From: Octopus vulgaris
Lineage: Eukaryota
Length of the DNA: 64,000 nucleotides
Direction of reading: 5' to 3'
Assembly: GCA_951406725.2 (NCBI GenBank)
Contig: OX597830.1
Coordinates: 33,542,001 to 33,606,000, forward strand
The notes under the pieces are model-generated. The model was not told the DNA's origin, did not search any database, and saw only the letters and a list, made by a program, of their open reading frames with translations. Position numbers and translations under genes: made by a program. Below are positions 23,163-36,326 of the stretch, in pieces. Numbering within the stretch: position 1 is the first letter of the stretch; the number at the start of each line of letters is the position of its first letter.

Positions 23163-24611
23163 TATAAATAAATGAATTTATATTAAAAACAAAACAAAAA
23201 AAAAACAAAAACCAAAACCAAAATGCTCTTCCAAACCAATTCTTCATATATCCGGTGCACACTTATATCTACATCAATTATATCATCCTACACAAATATA
23301 ACTTTCGCTTAAATCAATTTTACGGAAATCCCATTATTCTCTTTAGAATGATTAAGCAATGAGAAGCTGTTAAAATTGGATCCAGCAATCCGCACATCGC
23401 ATCAGTTGTGATCTATAAGCTACGTAATCTTGAGATATAAAGCAGCAGTAGACTGAGCAATATTTCTAAAATCAATCCGTCTATTTGGATTAGTTTCCAG
23501 TAATCCTATAATCCACTTTTATAGTCTCTTTTGTTCAATTGATTTGTGATTAAGTATGGCTGCAAAAGTCGGAGTTTATTCTGTCATAGCAGAGTGAGAA
23601 GAATCTCTTTTGGTGGATATCTTATTGTGTTGGGGTTGTATGCATTGTTTGTGTTCAGCTGTTGTTGCTCGGCTGGATTGTTGTGTTGTGATGTGTTGTG
23701 TTGTGTTGTGATGTGATGTCCTGTTGTAGTATGCTGGTTGTACTGTGGTGTAAGTAACGCTGCAATGGAGTGTTGGAACTGTCTTGCAGAAGTGAATATA
23801 AAAAATGGTCCTAATGATGATGATGATGATGATGGTGGTGAAAGTGGTGGTGGGGAGGTGATAGTGGGGTGGAGGTGGTGGTGGGGAGGTGATAGTGAGG
23901 TGGTGGTTATGATGATGATGATGATAATGATAATGATGATGGTGACGATGATAATGATGATGACGATGACGATGATGATGATGATGACGATGATGATAAT
24001 GATGATGATGACGACGACGATGACGATGATGATGATGATGATGTGATGATGATGATGAAGAGGAGAAGGAGGAGGAGGATGAGGAGTGCGTGTCTAAACA
24101 GTCAGCCAATCATGGGGGAACAGTTTTAATCCTGTCCATTGTGGTATTTTGTATGCCTTCATTCCACCCCCAACCCCCTTCTGCTTCCAATGTTATGGGA
24201 TTTTCTCTTTTTTTTTTTCTATACTTCCCTATTATCTAGGATTTCTTGTTGAAGTTATTGATACTGTTATGATTATGACGTTGGCGACATCATTTGTGGC
24301 GGTGGACTAGCTTTATTGAATTCCATGCAGGCATACTCCTGCAGTTGTTTATTTCCAGATCAGCTCTGACCAAATTTGGCTACTATTTCTAGCACCTAAA
24401 GCATTCTCATAGACATTCTCTTGGCCGTTCATTGCTGTTATTTTCTGGCAATGCACTGCATTACTTATGTTAATACTATTGTTCATATTCTTAAATCTTT
24501 CTTGCTATCATTCATGCTACTGTCATAGTCGTTTTTAATCACAATTTTCCCCCTTCTTTTGCATATATTGTTCTGTTTAGTGATGTATCTACAATGCATG
24601 TTTCTCTGTGC

Positions 24612-24995
24612 TTTATTGCCTCTGACTTAGCGAAGGTGGAGGTATTGTTTTCAGTCATATTTGTTTGTTTGTTTGTCTGTGGACAAGATATCTCAAGACC
24701 TGCCGGATGGATTCGGACGAAACTTTCAAAGATGTTTGGCCTCGTGAGTGGCATGAACTGGTTGGATTTTGGGATCGATCCAATACCAGACAAGGAGTCT
24801 GGATTATTATTATTTTCCCTGTTTTTTTTTACTTAATTTTTGTGACAGGTCGGGTTCATTTTTAGTATTCTCTTTTGTGAGAGCAGTTGAGTTTCTTTCA
24901 GATATTCTTAGTTTAAAAATCATCTCTGGCTAATAATTGTTGAGAGGATGTTGGTGTTGCTTTGGCAGAGGTTTGCATCTCTGAGTGCTCTTGTT
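24612..24995 (+). mobile_element. Helentron-associated (HINE/DINE-1-like) non-autonomous element
   Basis: ttattgcctctgac...ggtggaggta 5' inverted pair, (TTTG)n, 3' ggcagaggt subterminal repeat and gcatctctgagtgc hairpin before ttgtt. Confidence 0.7.
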
Positions 24996-25035
24996 CTATA
25001 TACTTTGTTGCTATTGTTTAACACTAGGTCATCCC

Positions 25036-25251
25036 TAGCTCTCAATGTTGAAGTATACAATTGCTGGTAGCCATGTTTAATTCTTGGAGTGAAAATTACC
25101 ATACAAGTAAAAATTAACATTTCTTTTTACTAACATTTCTTTTTCCTACTTTTATTCTACATTTCTGTTCATTATTTACTAAAGTAAAATTATTCCAACA
25201 ATTGCTAGTTATATAATTTTAGTTTGCCATGTCTTAATATACGATCTAAAT
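25036..25251 (+). mobile_element. Third copy of the element forming the 18 kb inverted repeat (matches 18493-18706)
   Basis: tagct(c/t)tcaatgttgaagtatacaattgctggtagcc...ttaatatacgat is near identical. Confidence 0.88.
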
Positions 25252-25447
25252 TTAGTTTGTCATGTCCTTGTTTTCCTTCTATCGTCTGTCTGGATGTTTT
25301 GCATTCTTGTCCCATTTTTGTATTTTTTATATATAAAATATAGCAGCATATGTACATGTTGGTCTCTCTCTCTATATATATATATATTTAGCTCCTGCAC
25401 GCATTTTTTTTCTCTCCTTATTTCTCTCCGTGTTTCTTTTCTGTGTA

Positions 25448-25485
25448 TCTTTCTGTTGAAGAGTGTAGGCTCAAAATGTAAAAGA
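25448..25485 (+). ncRNA. Decayed minimal hammerhead-like motif in a (TA)-flanked repeat (~25388-25585)
   Basis: TCTTT CTGTTGA a GAGT gtag GCTC AAAATGTA AAAGA; consistent with CpG decay of GCTCGAAACGTA; the repeat tail recurs near 49725-49782. Confidence 0.5.
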
Positions 25486-25602
25486 CTTGTTTTATTTCTA
25501 TTCCTGAGTGCCATACTAATACAATTGTTTTTTTGTACTCCACCTACATTGCTCTTTTGTTTATTTTCGTAAAGCTTCCTGTTATATTTATACATACATA
25601 CA

Positions 25603-25812
25603 TATTCTTTTATTCTTTTACTTGTTTCAGTCATTGGACTGAAGCCATGCTAGAGCACTGTCTTTAGTCAAACAAATTGAGCCCAGGACTTATTCTTTGT
25701 AAGCCTAGTACTTATTCTATTAGTCTGTTTTGCCAAACCACTAAGTTATGGGGATGTAAGCACACCAAAATCAGTTCTCAAGTGATGATGGGGAGGACAA
25801 ACACAGACACAA

Positions 25813-25853
<41 letters not shown>

Positions 25854-26017
25854 CGACAAGCTTCTTTCGGTTTCTGTCTATCATATCCACTCACAAGGCT
25901 TTGGTCAGCCTGACGCTATAGTAGAAGACACTTGCCCAAGGTATCATGCAGTGGGACTGAACCTGGAACCATGTGGTTGGGAAGCAAGCTTCTTACCACA
26001 TAGCCACTCCTGTGCCT
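25603..26017 (-). mobile_element. SINE-A, full length
   Basis: ttttacttgtttcagtcattgg...tagccactcctgtgcct. Confidence 0.9.
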
Positions 26018-26275
26018 ATGCATATATATATATATATATTATATATATATATATATGCATACCCTCACACACATAGATATGAATATCTGTGTATATGTAT
26101 GTACTTATGTATGTATGTATATATGTGTGTGTGTGTATGTACAGATGTTTGTGTTTATACGCACACACAGACATATATATATATATGTATATACATACAT
26201 ATATTAATATGAATAATCATGCTTATAAAGAAATACATATATGTATATATACATATATACATATACATGTGTGTG

Positions 26276-26360
<85 letters not shown>

Positions 26361-26567
26361 TTATGCATATACACAAACATAGATATATGGGAATTAGTAG
26401 CAGTATATATACACATACTTTAAGCTTGTTTCATTAACTTCCTTATCGTAGTGTAATTTTTTTTTTATTTTTGTCGATGTAAATCTTCTTTTCATGACAA
26501 CAAATAAACTTGCAAGATTATTAGAAGTGGAAAGAAAGAGAGCATAAGGAGTGGAGAAAGAGAGAGT

Positions 26568-26603
<36 letters not shown>

Positions 26604-27132
26604 GAATGGTAGAAATTAAGAAGAAAATAAAGAGGATATAGTGAAGAAGCTAAAGAGGGATAGAGACTTTGGAGAAGAAGGAAATGAAGAGAAATATAGA
26701 GAAATGAAAAGAGAGAGAGAGAGAGAGAGAGAGAATATAAAATAGAAATTATTGAAAAATAATATAGAATATTAATAAAGTTTAGAGAGTGTTAAGACCA
26801 TTTCAATTTCGTATGTCACTTTAAAAGTGCAATATTCAATAAATCCTGTAATCAGCTGTGATATTTTTTTTCTCTATAAACATAAGGATTTCACAAATAA
26901 GATGTGTTGTTGTTTTTGTTTTTCAAATAATACATAAAAAATAAAAATAAAAAATATATATGCATATATAGATGTATAAATGTATAAATAAAAGAGATAC
27001 TTCATTAATTGTTAACATATTCCATCCTGGTCTTGAATGTTTGATTTTACTTGATTAGGCACATGATAGCATTGTTGTTGTTGTTAAGATGAGATGGAAT
27101 TGATTGATTCAACCTCAGTGAAGTGTGTGTAG

Positions 27133-27790
<658 letters not shown>

Positions 27791-28202
27791 TATGTATATA
27801 TAAAAAGCAGTGTGTGTGTGTGTGTCTTAGAAGGAGCTGACATCATTATGAAGAACTTCTTTCAAATGAGTGGGAGATTACTACTACAATAATAGGAAAG
27901 GGGAAAACTGCAGATGGGTATCCTATGTTAAGTGAAGTTACCCTCTTCAGAAACTTATGGAACAGATGTTTCATTTGTGATTATAAAACTCTAAAATTTT
28001 CACATCTATTAAATAATCTATGAAGTTGTGTTACAATATTGTATTTCTCAGATTAGCATAGACTGCACCTTCATGCCTTGTTACAGCTCTTCTAAAGATC
28101 AACTATAATCAAAGATATTCTAGATGTGACCATCTCTTCTTTATCTTCTGTGTTACAGTCTCATTTAAGTAGTCTCATTTAAGATTTGGGTGTTATATAT
28201 AT

Positions 28203-28605
28203 AGGAGTGGTTGCGTGGTAAGAAGCTTGCTTCCCAACCATATAGTTCTGGTTTCAGTCCCAGTGTGTGGCACCTTGGGCAAGTGTCTTCTGCTATAGTC
28301 TTCGGTCAACCAAAGCCTTGTGAGTGGATTTGACAGATGGAAACTGAAAGAAGCCCGTCGTATATATATATATATATATATGCAGCATGTATGTATTTAT
28401 TTATCTGTGTTTGTCCCCCCACCATCGCTTGACAACCAATCTTGATGTGATTATATCACTGTAACTTAGCGGTTCAGCAGAAGAGACTGATAGAATAAGT
28501 ACTAGGCTTACAAAGAATAAGTCCTCAGGTCAATTTGTTCGAATAAAGGTGGTGCTCCAGGATGACCACAGTCAAATGACTGAAACAAATAAAAGAATAA
28601 AAGAA
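28203..28605 (+). mobile_element. SINE-A, full length
   Basis: aggagtggttgcgtggtaagaagc...actgaaacaaataaaagaataaaag. Confidence 0.9.
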
Positions 28606-28672
28606 TATATATATTGTTTTATATTTATACATACGTATATTTATGTGTATATATACATATGCAATCTATCTA

Positions 28673-28723
<51 letters not shown>

Positions 28724-28741
28724 TTCTCTCTCTCTCTCTCT

Positions 28742-28829
<88 letters not shown>

Positions 28830-28830
<1 letters not shown>

Positions 28831-28977
28831 CTGAGTGGTTGGTTTTAGGAAGGGCATCTAGCTGTAGAAACTCTGCCAGATCAGATTGAAGCCTGGTGCA
28901 ACCGTCTAGCTCGCCAGTCCTCAGTCAAACCGTCAAACCCGTGTCAGCATGGAAAGCAGACGTTAAATGATGATGAT
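28830..28977 (+). mobile_element. RTE-type 3' tail fragment
   Basis: aggaagggcatctagctgtagaaac...gcatggaaagcagacgttaaa(tga)n. Confidence 0.8.
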
Positions 28978-29003
28978 ATAAATACATATACATAGACAAA
29001 TAA

Positions 29004-29038
<35 letters not shown>

Positions 29039-29054
29039 CATAGATATACATATG

Positions 29055-29102
<48 letters not shown>

Positions 29103-29103
29103 T

Positions 29104-29149
29104 TCAATTTGAAAACTCCACTAGAATGGACGAAAGCGCTAATATATGA
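29104..29149 (+). ncRNA. Degenerate minimal hammerhead-like motif
   Basis: TTGAAAA c TCCA ctagaa TGGA c GAA AGCGCT A; in a ~190 bp segment between (TA)n tracts; stem I poor. Confidence 0.45.
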
Positions 29150-29288
29150 TATATGAGATATAATGTATAAAAGCATGTAATATACAAATAAATATCTGTA
29201 AATATAAAACCATCCGAATTTCTGAGTACCTCATTTCTTCTAATATAAAATATCTGTACATCATCTCCAAACCTTGTAATATATATAT

Positions 29289-29598
29289 ACTCTTTTTACT
29301 CTTTTACTCTTTTACTTGTTTCAGTCATTTGACTGCGGCCATGCTGGAGCACCGCCTTTAGTCGAGCAAATCGACCCCGGGACTTATTCTTTGTAAGCCC
29401 AGTACTTATTCTATCGGTCTCTTTTGCCGAACCGCTAAGTGACGGGGACGTAAACACACTAACATCGGTTATCAAGCAATGCTAGGGGGACAAACAGACA
29501 CACAAACATATACACTTGCCCAAGATGCCACGCAGTGGGACTGAACCCAGAACCATGTGGTTGGTTAGCAAGCTACTTACCACACAGCCACTCCTGCG

Positions 29599-29601
<3 letters not shown>
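29289..29601 (-). mobile_element. Young SINE-A with internal deletion
   Basis: CpG-rich; junction acatatacac|ttgcccaag skips the central segment. Confidence 0.9.
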
Positions 29602-29648
<47 letters not shown>

Positions 29649-29785
29649 CATACATATATATATATATACATAGATATATATACATAGATATATGTATATG
29701 TGTATGTATGTATGTATGTATGTATGCAAAGGCAGTCAATTATAGTAGGTTGAGCCCCTAGGACATTAGATAGATTACTTTGCAG

Positions 29786-30441
29786 CAGTATTTCTCAACT
29801 ATTCTTAAATTATAATTCCCTTTCATTCACATTTCACTCTGATGGACCCTCATAGCCATTCGATGTTTTAAAATCATATTATACTTTTAGATTTAAATAT
29901 TACTAGCAGTATCGCCCGGCGTTGCTCGGGTTTGTAAGGGAAATAACTATATAAGCATTTTTAGAGATGTAAAGTATAATAGCCATCTCAATATGGCTAA
30001 CCACAAAGGGGGGGGGTGTTACTGTAGCTTTTTACGTTCTGAGATTTAATAATAAATATTTAATGAGTTACTTCCCTTATATATGCCAAAAATGCATTAA
30101 AAACGGGAAAAAAATGATGGTAAATTTTTTTTAAATCGTAGACTCATCGTAGACGCGTGCTAATACCGAGAAGGGCTCGATATGAATCACGACTATAAGA
30201 TACCCGGTTTTGGTTAAACTGCACCACAAAATGTGGGAGTAGTTAGGAATCTAAATCGTAGGAGACAGACAGCACACAACCTCACTTTTATATATAAAGA
30301 TTAGGAATTGTTTAAAAAAATAGATTGCTAAAATATTTTGTGCGTTGTAGAAGCTTAACCGATTTATTATAGATAAATTTTAACAACAAAATCTTAGATG
30401 GACCCCACCGAGGGTCATATGAAACCTGGTAGGAAACCATT
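29786..30441. mobile_element. Old hAT-like MITE interrupted by a Helitron
   Basis: Left end cagtatttctcaac; subterminal atggaccc motifs on both sides; right end degenerate. Confidence 0.45.
29903..30300 (-). mobile_element. Complete non-autonomous Helitron (398 bp)
   Basis: Minus: A|TCtttatatataaaag ... CCCGAGCAACGCCGGG hairpin, cgatactgCTAG|T; no TSD. Confidence 0.9.
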
Positions 30442-30644
30442 ACTTTAGAGTAATATTTCCAGCTCTTGTGGCTTTTAATTCAAATGCCAAGAAGTTTGTT
30501 TGGCTCTGCCTTTCATCATTTTTGTGTCAATAATAAAAAGTACCAGCCATATACTGGGGTCCAGTCCATGAGAAACATGTACATTACCAAATCTGAGAAT
30601 GCCCAAAACATGACATACCGCTCTGTGGCATTTCTATAATTTCA

Positions 30645-30875
30645 TTAACCCTTTTGTTACCAACCCGGCTGAAACCGGCTCTGACTCTGTAGTACAAATG
30701 TTTTGTTTTCATAGGTTTTAAATTAAAATCATCCACCAAACCTTAGTCACAATTTATGTTCCTAACACTAGCTGAATGATAATTTAGTTATTTTACTAAA
30801 TCTTTTGTTATTAATAATTAATAATTAAAAGAGTCACAGAGCATCTTAAAATAAATACAGTAATGAAAGGGTTAA
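30645..30875. mobile_element. piggyBac-type MITE (223 bp plus TTAA TSD)
   Basis: TTAA|cccttttgttac ... gtaatgaaaggg|TTAA. Confidence 0.88.
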
Positions 30876-31066
30876 GGCATTAAGAGACCATGGTATAGTA
30901 TATATGTAATCAATAGGATGTCTGATTTAGAAGTTTTCATTCCAACCATGTGTTTCTGGTCTCACTCTCACAAGTCACCTTGAGCAAGTGTCTTCTGCTT
31001 CAGCAACAGACTAACCAATGCCTTGTAAAAGAATTTGGTAGATGGAAACAGTAAAACATCATCATA

Positions 31067-31299
31067 TACTCCTTTACTCTTTTACTTGTTTCAGTCATTT
31101 GACTGTGGCCATGCTGGAGGACCACCTTTAGTCAAGCAAACTGACTCCAGGACTTATTCTTTGTAAGCCTAGAACTTATTCTATCAGTCTCTTTTGCCGA
31201 ACCGCTAAGTTACGGGGACATAAACACACCAGCATCAGTTGTCAAGCAATGTTGGGAGAACAAACACAGACACACGAACATATACACATGCGTACATAT

Positions 31300-31365
<66 letters not shown>

Positions 31366-31533
31366 GTACACGGCGCTCTTCTTTCAGTTTCCATCTACGA
31401 AATCCACTCACAAGGATTTGGTTGGCCCGAGGCTATAGTAGAAGACACTTGCCCAAGGTGCCATGCAGTAGGACTGAACCCGGAACCATGTGGTTGGTAA
31501 GCAAGCTACTTACCACACAGCCACTCCTACACC
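31067..31533 (-). mobile_element. SINE-A, full length
   Basis: tactcttttacttgtttcag...ccacacagccactcctacacct. Confidence 0.92.
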
Positions 31534-31574
31534 TACACATATACATATATGCATATATGTACACATATCTTGAT

Positions 31575-31775
31575 TTAAAATTTTGGTATAAAGCCAGTAA
31601 TTTGGGAGAAAGGATGAGTTGATTACATTGACCCCTGTACTCAACTGGTACTTATTTGATCGACATCAAAAAGGTGAAAGGTAAAGTCAACCTCGGTGGA
31701 ATTTGACCTTAGGAAGTAAAGACAGGTGAAATACCACTCAGTATTTTGCGTGGTGTGCTAACAATTCTGTTGCCT
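31575..31775 (-). mobile_element. SINE-B, diverged
   Basis: caactggtacttatttgatcgac...aaagtcaacctcggtggaatttg. Confidence 0.78.
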
Positions 31776-31840
31776 TTAAGTATGCATATACACACACACA
31801 CACATATCTGTGCATATGCATTTATGTATATATGTGTGTA

Positions 31841-31876
<36 letters not shown>

Positions 31877-32710
31877 TATATACACATTTAAATACACCTG
31901 TATGTATATGTGTACAGCTTCATGCATATGAATACCTGTGTTCAAATCTATGTTTATATTTTACTATCCACCTTTCTGTGTATCAGTGTGTCCACATATA
32001 CATGCATGCATACATACATACATACATACATACATACATACATACATACATTTATGCATACGTACATACATGTATATATATATATATATATACACACACA
32101 TATATATATATATACACATATATATATTTATGTACGTATGTATGCATCTATGTATGAATGTATAAGTAAATACATGCATACAAACAAATGCACCAGTATA
32201 GTTACACATACATATATGTAACTGTAAATTTATACAAGCATGCACACATATTTAACTGAAATTGCATATTTTAAAGTTAAATTTGTTTTTGTTTTTTTGT
32301 TAAATTTGTCCCTATTTTGTTACTTTGCACTAGAAACCTGACCCCTTGTAGTTTTATTTGCTCTCTGTAGTTTCACTTGCACCTGTGACCCAAAACATAA
32401 CTCCTTCTTTCATCTCATTTATATGCATCTTTCACAGCCTCACCAAAAACAAAGTCTGCATTCATAAAATAAATAAACGCTCTCAACATATCAGTTATCC
32501 CTATAATTTCTGCCGACAAACTCAACTCTGAATATATTTTATATGCTCCTTGCCTTCTCTTTATCTACCCCCCCACTTTTTTTAATCATTCATTTTCTCT
32601 TCTACACTCTCTATTTTTGTATTTGCTCTCTCTTTCTCTATCTTACTTTTGCACTCTCTCTGTCTGTCTGTCTCTGTCTCTCTGTCTCTGTCTCTGTCTG
32701 TCTGTCTCTG

Positions 32711-32756
<46 letters not shown>

Positions 32757-33571
32757 GTGCGTGGTCTTTGTATTATTCTGTTTCTTCTCTCCCTCTTTTG
32801 CTTCACCACATCTGTTTTTAGTGTGTTAAATACTTTGGTGTTCCTAATTTTAATTCATGCTTTATAGAGACCAAGAGAATGACACACTTGTCAGAGTTCA
32901 GCAAGAAACCACATTTAGTAGGGGTTTTGATGTGAGCCTGAGACATTAGGGGTCAGCTGAAGTGTTTCTAAGGACAAGAAAGTAATCCTAGTTGCCGTTG
33001 AAGTCATTGTACATATTCTTGTTTATGTTGTTGTTGTTCTTTTAATTCTGTTTCTTTTTTCTCGGATCTTATATTTTGAAGTTTGCTGTCTTGAAGAGAT
33101 AAATTACAGCTAATTGTTGTTGTTTTCTGTATAGTTGTTTGGTCCAATCAGAGGTAGAGAAAGAAACAGAGAACGCGTATCAAAAAGGTCTTCCCTCCAG
33201 TCTCCTCAGCCACAGGTGTGAAGAGGTGCAGAATTTCACCTGAACTATCATGCCGTCTTGATCAATGTAAGGGCACCAAAAGTGTCTTCATCCCAAAGGC
33301 ACTGGGAGCCCTTCTTGTGCCACACTGAGTCATCTCTGATAGGGAAAACATATGATTGGGAGTATTCATTCCAGTTGTGACCATCCAGCTGATTTTAGGG
33401 ATTTCTGGAACAAAATTTTCTAATATGTATTTGATATTTTTGAGACAGTAAGATGTGAGATGATAGAGCTTTACTTGTTAATCATAGCTGGGTAAACTAG
33501 TCATTGTAGAGATTTCAAGGGTAGAATTACCCAGTGTATATTTGATATTTTTAAGACAGCAAGCAGTGACA

Positions 33572-33800
33572 TTCTTTTATTTGATTCCGTCATTTGACTG
33601 CTGTCATGCTGGAGCACTGCCTTTAGTCGAACAAATCGACTCCATGACTTATTCTTTGTAAGCCTAGTACTTATACCATCGGTCCCTTTTGTTGAACCAC
33701 TAATTTACAGGGACATAGACATGCCAACATCAGTTGTCAAGCGATGGTGGGGGGGGGGGGTATAAACACAGACACACAAACATATACATATGTATGTATG
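33572..33800 (-). mobile_element. SINE-A 3' half
   Basis: gtcatttgactgctgtcatgctggagcactgcc...aaacacagacacacaaac. Confidence 0.85.
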
Positions 33801-34253
33801 TACATACATATAAATATACACACACACACACACACATATATATATCATCATCATCATCATTTAACGTCCGTTTTCCATGCTAGCATGGGTTGGACGGTTT
33901 GACCGGGATCTGGTAAGCTATGGAGGCTGCACCAGGCTCACAATATGGGGTAAACAATTCACAAGGAAAATAATTCACGAAAATTTAATTTGCAAAGATA
34001 TTAATTCTGTTATCCAATGTAATTATTTTAAAAACAGAATCAATAATATAGGCGATTGCAGGCTCCCCTAAAAGCAGTGGATTGCTGAAGGATTAAAATT
34101 AATCAAAGGACATAGTAAGTATGTCTACCAGCTGGAAATAACAGTCAAAACCCTTATTTAAATCACCAAAATACACTAATGATAACTACAGAAATCAACC
34201 GAAGGCAAATCAGGTTAAAACAATCTTTTAACGTACATTTAAATATTTGGACT

Positions 34254-34307
34254 CACGTGGACCTGTTTCGTCACAGGCAAAAATAGCCCTAGCTTCCTCA
34301 GTATGTG
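34254..34307 (-). ncRNA. Hammerhead-like motif with decayed stem I
   Basis: Minus: cacata CTGAGGA agctagggctatttttgcctgtgac GAAAC ag GTC cacgtg. Confidence 0.55.
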
Positions 34308-34493
34308 TTACCATGATAGAGACTTCAAACTTGTCGTTTTGAAGTCTACATTGCAACCGATTCATTTTGAGCAGAAATCAAGGCAGCCACCAGTGTGAAA
34401 ATAACCTCAATACAGGGCCAAACAATTCACGAGAAAAATAATTTCTGAAAAATTAATTTGCAAAGATAACATTAATTCTGTTATTATCAAATG

Positions 34494-34529
<36 letters not shown>

Positions 34530-34535
<6 letters not shown>

Positions 34536-34749
34536 AAATGAGAAAATGGAGAAATATATCTAAATCAATCATCAACCATCTGATAATACCCAATCAATAC
34601 TTTATTAAACCATTACACAATAGCTATGATACTATACATTGATATAGTACAAATATAACAAGACATAGAAATAGAAATAGAAATACATTTACATTGTAGC
34701 TGACAGCTGTTTCGGCCGTGAAGACAGGTATGTCCCATTTAACCTATTA

Positions 34750-34752
<3 letters not shown>
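34530..34752 (-). mobile_element. Penelope-like terminus with 3' half of a hammerhead, between (TA)n tracts
   Basis: Minus: cggccGAAACAGCTGTCagcta, then AT-rich tail with AATAAA; 5' core lost at the (TA)n. Confidence 0.6.
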
Positions 34753-34784
<32 letters not shown>

Positions 34785-34786
<2 letters not shown>

Positions 34787-34931
34787 CAGGCTTCTTTCAG
34801 TTTCCATCTACCAAATCCACTCACAAAGCTTTGGTTGGCCTGAGGCTATAATAGAAGAAACTTGCTACACAGTGAGACTGAACCTGGAACAATGTGGATG
34901 GGAAGCAAGCTACTTACTACACAGCCACTCC
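34785..34931 (-). mobile_element. SINE-A 5' half
   Basis: caggcttctttcagtttcc...acacagccactcc. Confidence 0.85.
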
Positions 34932-35327
34932 ATGAAGCTCCAGCAGGGGGTGGTGGTGAACCCTGCTGTACTCTTTCACCACAACTTTCTCTCAGTCTTT
35001 CTTCCTGTTTCTGTTGTACCTGTATTTCAAAGGGCCAGCCTTGTCATACTGTGTCACGCTGAACCTATCCCGAGAACTACGTTAAGGGTACACGTGTCTG
35101 TGAAGTGCTCTGCCACTTGCATGTTAATAAAGGAGTTGCTACGTCACTGGTGCCAAGCTGTATTGGCCCCTTTGCCTTTCCCTTGGATAACACTGGTGGC
35201 ATGGAGAGGGGAGGCTGGTATGCATAGGCGACTGCCGGTCTTCCATAAACAACCTTGCCCAGACTTGTGCCTCGGAGGGTAACTTTCTAGGTGCAATCCC
35301 ATGGTCATTCATGACCGAAGGGGGTCA
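34931..35327 (+). mobile_element. SINE-D body and tail (headless)
   Basis: accctgctgtactctttcaccacaac...gttgtacctgtatttcaaagggcc shared with 63742-64000. Confidence 0.8.
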
Positions 35328-35861
35328 CCACACAGGATTATGTATCAGTGATCATTTGATTATATGCCGGAACTAAGTGAAGAATAAGATATCTAAATCA
35401 TGTAATAATAATTTGTGATATGTTTTTATTATCTGTCATGGCCATGTTATAATGATACAATAAGTTGTCAATTGAGAACAGGGAGTTAGTGATTGAGTGG
35501 CAGAAGGAGAAGTAAAATGAAAATAAAAGCTTTTTGAACAATAATGAATGAAATATTTCACCAGTTATCAAACCTTTAACCAAATGCTCTAAAATAATTT
35601 CCCTTCTGAATGTGATAGAAGCATGAAATTTGTCATGACAGGAATGAGGTCTACTGTAGACTGTTAACTAACAATGTGAGCAAGCCCATGTCTTGTAGAT
35701 TTCCCGCTTCTCCCATTCGAAAATGGAAACCAGATGACTATATACAGAAACGATTGAGGTGTCATTGTTCAGAAACAGACACACAAGCAAGGTTACAGAC
35801 GTCACTGAGTGCTATCTTGGAAACTTCATTATTGTATAAAGAAAGGGTGAAACTAAGTCTT

Positions 35862-36081
35862 TTACCCTTTTACTCTCTTTTACTTGTTTCAGTCATTTGA
35901 CCGTGGCCATGCTGGAGCACCACCTATAGTCAAGCAAATCGACCCCAGGACTTATTCTTTGTAAGCCTAGTACTTACTGTACCGATCTCATTTGCTGAAC
36001 TTCTAAGTTATGGGGATGTAAATACACCAGCTTCGGTTGTTAAGTGATGTTGGGGGGACAAACACACACACACAAACATAT

Positions 36082-36115
<34 letters not shown>

Positions 36116-36326
36116 GCACATACATATATATACACATATACACACATATACATACATATATACGACAGGCTTCTTTCAGTTTCCGTCCACGAAATCCACT
36201 GACAAGGCTTTGGTTGGCCTGAGTCTATAGTAGAAGACACTTGCCCAAGATGCCACGCAGTGGGACTGAACCCGGAACCATGTGGTTGGTAAGGAAGCTA
36301 CTTACCACACAGCCACTCCTACGCCT
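35862..36326 (-). mobile_element. SINE-A, full length
   Basis: ttttacttgtttcagtcatttga...agccactcctacgcct. Confidence 0.92.

Noticed and set aside
27900-27960. GGGTA/TACCC hairpin near CTGAAGA (minus)
   Set aside because: No GAAA...UH in the right position.
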